From Candidatus Latescibacterota bacterium (lineage in GTDB: Bacteria > Latescibacterota > UBA2968 > UBA8231), in assembly GCA_965200315.1 (NCBI GenBank), contig OZ241362.1, positions 992,001 to 1,056,000 on the forward strand: a DNA stretch of 64,000 bases, written 5' to 3'. Both the position numbers and the translations under genes were made by a program. Within the stretch, counting starts at the first letter, position 1. Each line of letters opens with the position of its first letter. The notes under the pieces are model-generated. The model saw only the letters and a list, made by a program, of their open reading frames with translations. It ran no database searches and was not told the DNA's origin. Positions 58,367-64,000 of the stretch are shown piece after piece.

Positions 58367-58628
58367 ATGAGAGGGCATGAATTCACACTCATTTTAACAG
58401 CCGATCCCAACGAAGAAGAATCAGCTCTACTCTACGGCATCTTCAACGACGGTACGCTTGTCACTAATAGCTGGCGTACCACAGGTTCACTTCCACCGAG
58501 AAGCCCCGTCGTTGGATGAAGCCATCGGTTCTGCGCTGGCGCACGTCAGAAAAGCAGGCTTTGATGTGGCTCGTGTGGAAATCGAACCGCTAAACGTTTT
58601 CACCGCGGAATCAAGCGCGATCACTTAG
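58367..58628 (+). pseudogene. Small conserved-type protein (possibly antitoxin-like), frameshifted
   Basis: MRGHEFTLILTADPNEEE..LYGIFNDGTL, then +1 nt near 58466, continuing IAGVPQVHFHREAPSLDEAIGSALAHVRKAGFDVARVEIE. Confidence 0.6.
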
Positions 58629-58662
58629 TAATAATAACCCCAAGCTGAGAAAGGAAAAAACA

Positions 58663-60579
<1,917 letters not shown>

Positions 60580-60600
60580 AGCGCATCAAGACGCAGTACT

Positions 60601-60633
60601 CAGTAGGGGCACCCCTTGTGGGTGCCCCTACTG
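60601..60633. repeat. GTAG-type REP-like palindrome, possibly acting as a terminator after dnaK
   Basis: CAGTAGGGGCACCC-CTTGT-GGGTGCCCCTACTG, perfect 14-bp arms containing GTAG. Confidence 0.7.
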
Positions 60634-60697
60634 TATTTGGGGAAGATGAATATGCTACTCGCTTTGCAATGGTCCCCGGCTACGGGCCGCTGTCGAA

Positions 60698-62404
60698 CTA
60701 TAGAGCCGGCGAGAGGGAATTGATGCGCCAAATGCTGGTAGCTTGTCTTGCCATCCAAGCTTGGTGGCTGCGAATCTTCTCTACGGTCCAAGTGTCGTAG
60801 TTGTCTGCCAGCCTGCGGGTAATCGCAAAGTCGCTCTCTTGATAAACCAATCGCTTTTCGGCGTATCCCGAATTGCCCAGCTCGCGATTGTCCGCAGTCG
60901 TCAAAAGGGTCATGTTCCCCAGACGATAGGTAGAAGCCTCCGGCTGCTGGTCGTTGAACTGCTGCCAGTCATCGCCCGGATTTTCCGGCAACACGTGCTC
61001 AATGCTGTATTTTGCACTCTCGGATTCAAAGTGCTTTCCCGACAACTGCGTTTCGAGCTGAAACAGTATAAAGCGCACGACTTTTTTGTTGCGGGCACTG
61101 GTTGTTCGCAGCGTCTTGGCTGCAAACGCCGCCTTGAATGTCGCGTCTTCGGGATAGACGGGCCGCAGCTTTGCAATCGCCGCCGGCGCACTGATTTCGC
61201 CTGCCGATAGCTCGCGGGCAAGCTCGTTATACATGGCCTCTTGCTCGTTGCTTGAGTGCCCACAAATCACGTTGTAGCGAAACGATACCACCGCAACAGC
61301 CTGTAAAAAGCGGCCAAAGCCGGCGCGGTCGGCTTCCTCAAACCGTTCAAATGCCGCCAGCAACAATGCCAACGGCTGGCGCACGTTGAACATCTGTAGC
61401 TGGGCCAAGCTACCGCGTTCGGCGGTCCAAGAGTCGTCCTCTGGATCGCGCAAGGCCGCATACACCCGGGCGCTCCGGTCTAGGTCGCGGATCAACTGAA
61501 ACACGCTGGCCCTATCGCTGATGGCACTACGCATGGTTTTGAACAAATCCGCCTTGCGCACCAGCTTGTTGCGGCTGTTCCAAAAGACCCGCAGAAATTC
61601 GGGAAAGCTCTCACTGCCTAGTAGGCCGATGATGCCCTCCCAGCGATCTTCAAGAGCCTTGATCTCCGATTCATGTGCATTATCACGCGAAACGACCGAG
61701 AACAAGTAATTCTTCAGCAGATCGGTCGCCGACAAGCGCACACCGCGCGCGTTGAGCGTCTCAAAAACCTTGAAGGCGTCCAACTCATCGGGCACCGTGA
61801 TGACGGTAAAAAACAGCTTATCCACCGCACCATCGACAAAGCGTGCCACCGACTCACCGTCATCACCGGATCGTTCTTTGATGCACTCCTTGAACCAGAG
61901 AAACGCCCGGCGCAGGAGATGTTCCGAGGCGTTCAGTCCTCTCTGCGGCAAAGGCTCCAAGGTCACTAGGTAATTCTGGTAAAAGCGATCGTTATGCCGA
62001 TTTAGCACCAGTTTGGAACGCGTCACTAGGCTGACCGGGTCCAAATAGCCGATGTAATTGTTACGCAACTGCTCAGCACGCTGACGTTGCGGGTCATTCG
62101 GATCGTCCGGCCGCGCCAAGTCCAGTAGATGCGCCACAGCCGCCAGCATCAACAGGCTCAGCGTGGTCATGCGCTGCTGGCCATCGATGATGTCGAACTC
62201 CCGGTTGTCCGCCGATTGCAGCACCAAGTAGCCCATGTAGTGCGCCGATTCCGGGTCCTCGCTGAACAGGGCGACCAAGTCCTGCCACAGGTCATCCCAT
62301 TCGTCGGCCCCCCAAGAATAGTCGCGCTGAAACATAGGGGCCCGATAACTCAGCCCATTACTCATCAACTGGCGAAACGTGCTGTTGGTCGTGTTGAAGT
62401 TCAT
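60698..62404 (-). CDS. DUF262-DUF1524 (GmrSD-like) modification-dependent restriction endonuclease
   Basis: PMFQRDYSW, IIDGQQRMTT, FETLNARG (DUF262); SIEHVLPE..LGNMTLL..N (HNH, DUF1524). Confidence 0.92.
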   Translation of the reverse strand: MNFNTTNSTFRQLMSNGLSYRAPMFQRDYSWGADEWDDLWQDLVALFSEDPESAHYMGYLVLQSADNREFDIIDGQQRMTTLSLLMLAAVAHLLDLARPDDPNDPQRQRAEQLRNNYIGYLDPVSLVTRSKLVLNRHNDRFYQNYLVTLEPLPQRGLNASEHLLRRAFLWFKECIKERSGDDGESVARFVDGAVDKLFFTVITVPDELDAFKVFETLNARGVRLSATDLLKNYLFSVVSRDNAHESEIKALEDRWEGIIGLLGSESFPEFLRVFWNSRNKLVRKADLFKTMRSAISDRASVFQLIRDLDRSARVYAALRDPEDDSWTAERGSLAQLQMFNVRQPLALLLAAFERFEEADRAGFGRFLQAVAVVSFRYNVICGHSSNEQEAMYNELARELSAGEISAPAAIAKLRPVYPEDATFKAAFAAKTLRTTSARNKKVVRFILFQLETQLSGKHFESESAKYSIEHVLPENPGDDWQQFNDQQPEASTYRLGNMTLLTTADNRELGNSGYAEKRLVYQESDFAITRRLADNYDTWTVEKIRSHQAWMARQATSIWRINSLSPAL

Positions 62405-62451
62405 GTGGGCAACACCTTCATCCCCTAGTTTTCCGTGGGATAATTATCTTC

Positions 62452-64000
62452 TCACACCCGAAACACCTTCATCACCTCGTCCCCGAGGTGATTGATCACC
62501 TTCACGGCAATGCGGCCGGATGTCGGCTTGGCGAAAGGCCGCGAGGTGTCGCTGTGCAGGGTTTCCCAAGCTTCTTGGTTGATCTCGGCTTTGAGCGTCG
62601 TCCGCAGCGATTTGTACGGGTCGCTGGCACCGAGGAAGTAGGCGTGGCGGACGAAGAAGCTCTCCTCGTTGTAGTCGGTATCGACGAACCAGCAGGCGAT
62701 GCCGTCGGCGCTGTCGCTGCGGATTTCGCCGGTATTCGGGTGGAATACGTCCACGCCGTGGACCTTGACTTGGATGTGACTGTCCTCCGCGTCGAGGATG
62801 TCGATGTCCGGCTCGCCGAAGATGACGAAGAGGTTGCCTTTGCCGGTGTTTTTGAGGTCGGCGGCCATGTGGAGGTCGGCGTTCATGCGGGCTTTGAGGA
62901 CGGGGACGCGGCCGAGTTTTTTGAACTCCGAGGCGTGGGCGTCAAAGTTGAAGGCGCAGGCGATCAGCACGTCGAAAGCGGCGTCGGCGGCCTCGCGCAC
63001 CGCTGATACGAGATCGGGGCGGGAGACCGTGCCGAATTCCGGGCCGATGAAGATGCCGGCGCGTTTCTCAGCACCTGAGTCGGCGTTGTCTTCGACGTAG
63101 GTTCCTTCGGCGCAGACGAGGTCGCCGGGCCAAGGTTTGATCCCGGAAAACGAGATGTGGTCCTCTTTGTGCGCCTGTTGGACGCCGGAGGTTTTGAGGT
63201 TGTCCAAGATCATCGCGGCGAAGTCCTGCTTTTCGCCGTACTCTGACTTGGCTTCGGCGATGTTGTCGATGAGTTCGTCGTTTTCATCAACGCCTAACAG
63301 GCGGTGCGGCGACAGGCTTTCGACCGTGAACGGGCCGGCGACGCGGACTTTTTTGTTGTCTTCGTAGGGCTTGTCGTAGAGGTATTCGTAGGCGGCTTTG
63401 GCGGCGATGGAAGCGTCGATTTCGCGCTGCCGGGCGATGCGCTGTTCCCACCAATCCGTGTGCATTTTTTTGACCTCCTCGGGCCAAGCGTCGTCGGCAT
63501 CGCGGGGGATTTCCCATTCTTCGTAGGAGGTGCCGAGCGCGGCGTTCAACTCCTGACGCAACGGCTCCAGCGTTTCTTGGAACTTTTCCCAGATTACGTC
63601 GATCTCGGCGTTGTTGGCGATGGACTTCAGGGTGATGTGGGGGACGCGCTCGTACACAAAGCCTTGGCGAATTCTCCCCCCCCCCCCCCTGCAAATTTTG
63701 CACTTCAGGAAGAGCAATTCGTGCAATTTTTGCTTCTTTTAGTTTTCCTTCGCGGCTGTCGGCGAGCAAATAGTAGGGATAGCGAGCGCCCATGATGCGC
63801 GAGCGAGCGAGTGCTAAGGCCACGCGAGACGTGTCGATGGTGATCCAGCGGCGGCCCCACTGCTCGGCGACGTACGCGGTGGTGCCGGAGCCGCAGGTGG
63901 GGTCGAGGACGAGGTCGCCCGGGTCGGTGGTCATTAGGACGCAGCGTTGAATTACCTTTGTGTAAGTCTGGACCACGTAAATGTTTTGGGCTGCAAAGGT
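62452..64000 (-). CDS. Type III Mod-like adenine DNA methyltransferase (partial, starts beyond the window), frameshifted at a G14 tract
   Basis: 5' frame has [28 protein letters not shown]; 3' frame has [34 protein letters not shown]. The frames differ by 1 nt and overlap at the homopolymer. Confidence 0.88.
63676..63689 (-). repeat. G14 homopolymer (C14 on the + strand) inside the methyltransferase
   Basis: attct-C14-tgcaaa; the longest homopolymer I noticed in the window. Confidence 0.95.

Noticed and set aside
58135-58662. CIRCE or SOS box between uvrB and dnaK
   Set aside because: No TTAGCACTC-N9-GAGTGCTAA and no convincing LexA-type palindrome found.

Overview
GC-rich bacterial chromosomal window. 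The gene repertoire (FlgD/CHU_C-type C-terminal domains, a 'TWGQIK' C-terminal tail, PhyH-HEAT and MFS-HEAT fusions, many decayed toxin-antitoxin fragments) suggests an uncultured FCB-group organism such as Ca. Latescibacterota. This is inference, not a search result. Housekeeping genes: hinT, an orphan rplC, pcm, carB-pyrK-pyrD, nnr, galU, a sulfite/nitrite reductase with ferredoxin, an E1 alpha/beta pair, uvrB and dnaK. The most striking feature is a paralogous envelope locus present twice (1-8342 on +, 31336-43914 on -). Each copy combines a conserved ~890-aa exported protein of unknown family, a PpiC-type foldase (only its C-terminus is visible in the first copy) and large secreted discoidin-domain proteins (one in the first copy, three in the second). 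These end in a PNGDGxND...Y C-terminal domain and carry a recurring 'xxxYxxLxxxxxG' mini-motif. The locus is a candidate T9SS-like secretion or surface-assembly system. Also present: two MITE-like elements, a REP-like palindrome, a shikimate-kinase homolog lacking the Walker A lysine, six short pseudogenes, and a defence locus (GmrSD plus a type III Mod-like methyltransferase frameshifted by a G14 tract, a candidate for phase variation). No rRNA, tRNA or CRISPR array was recognised.
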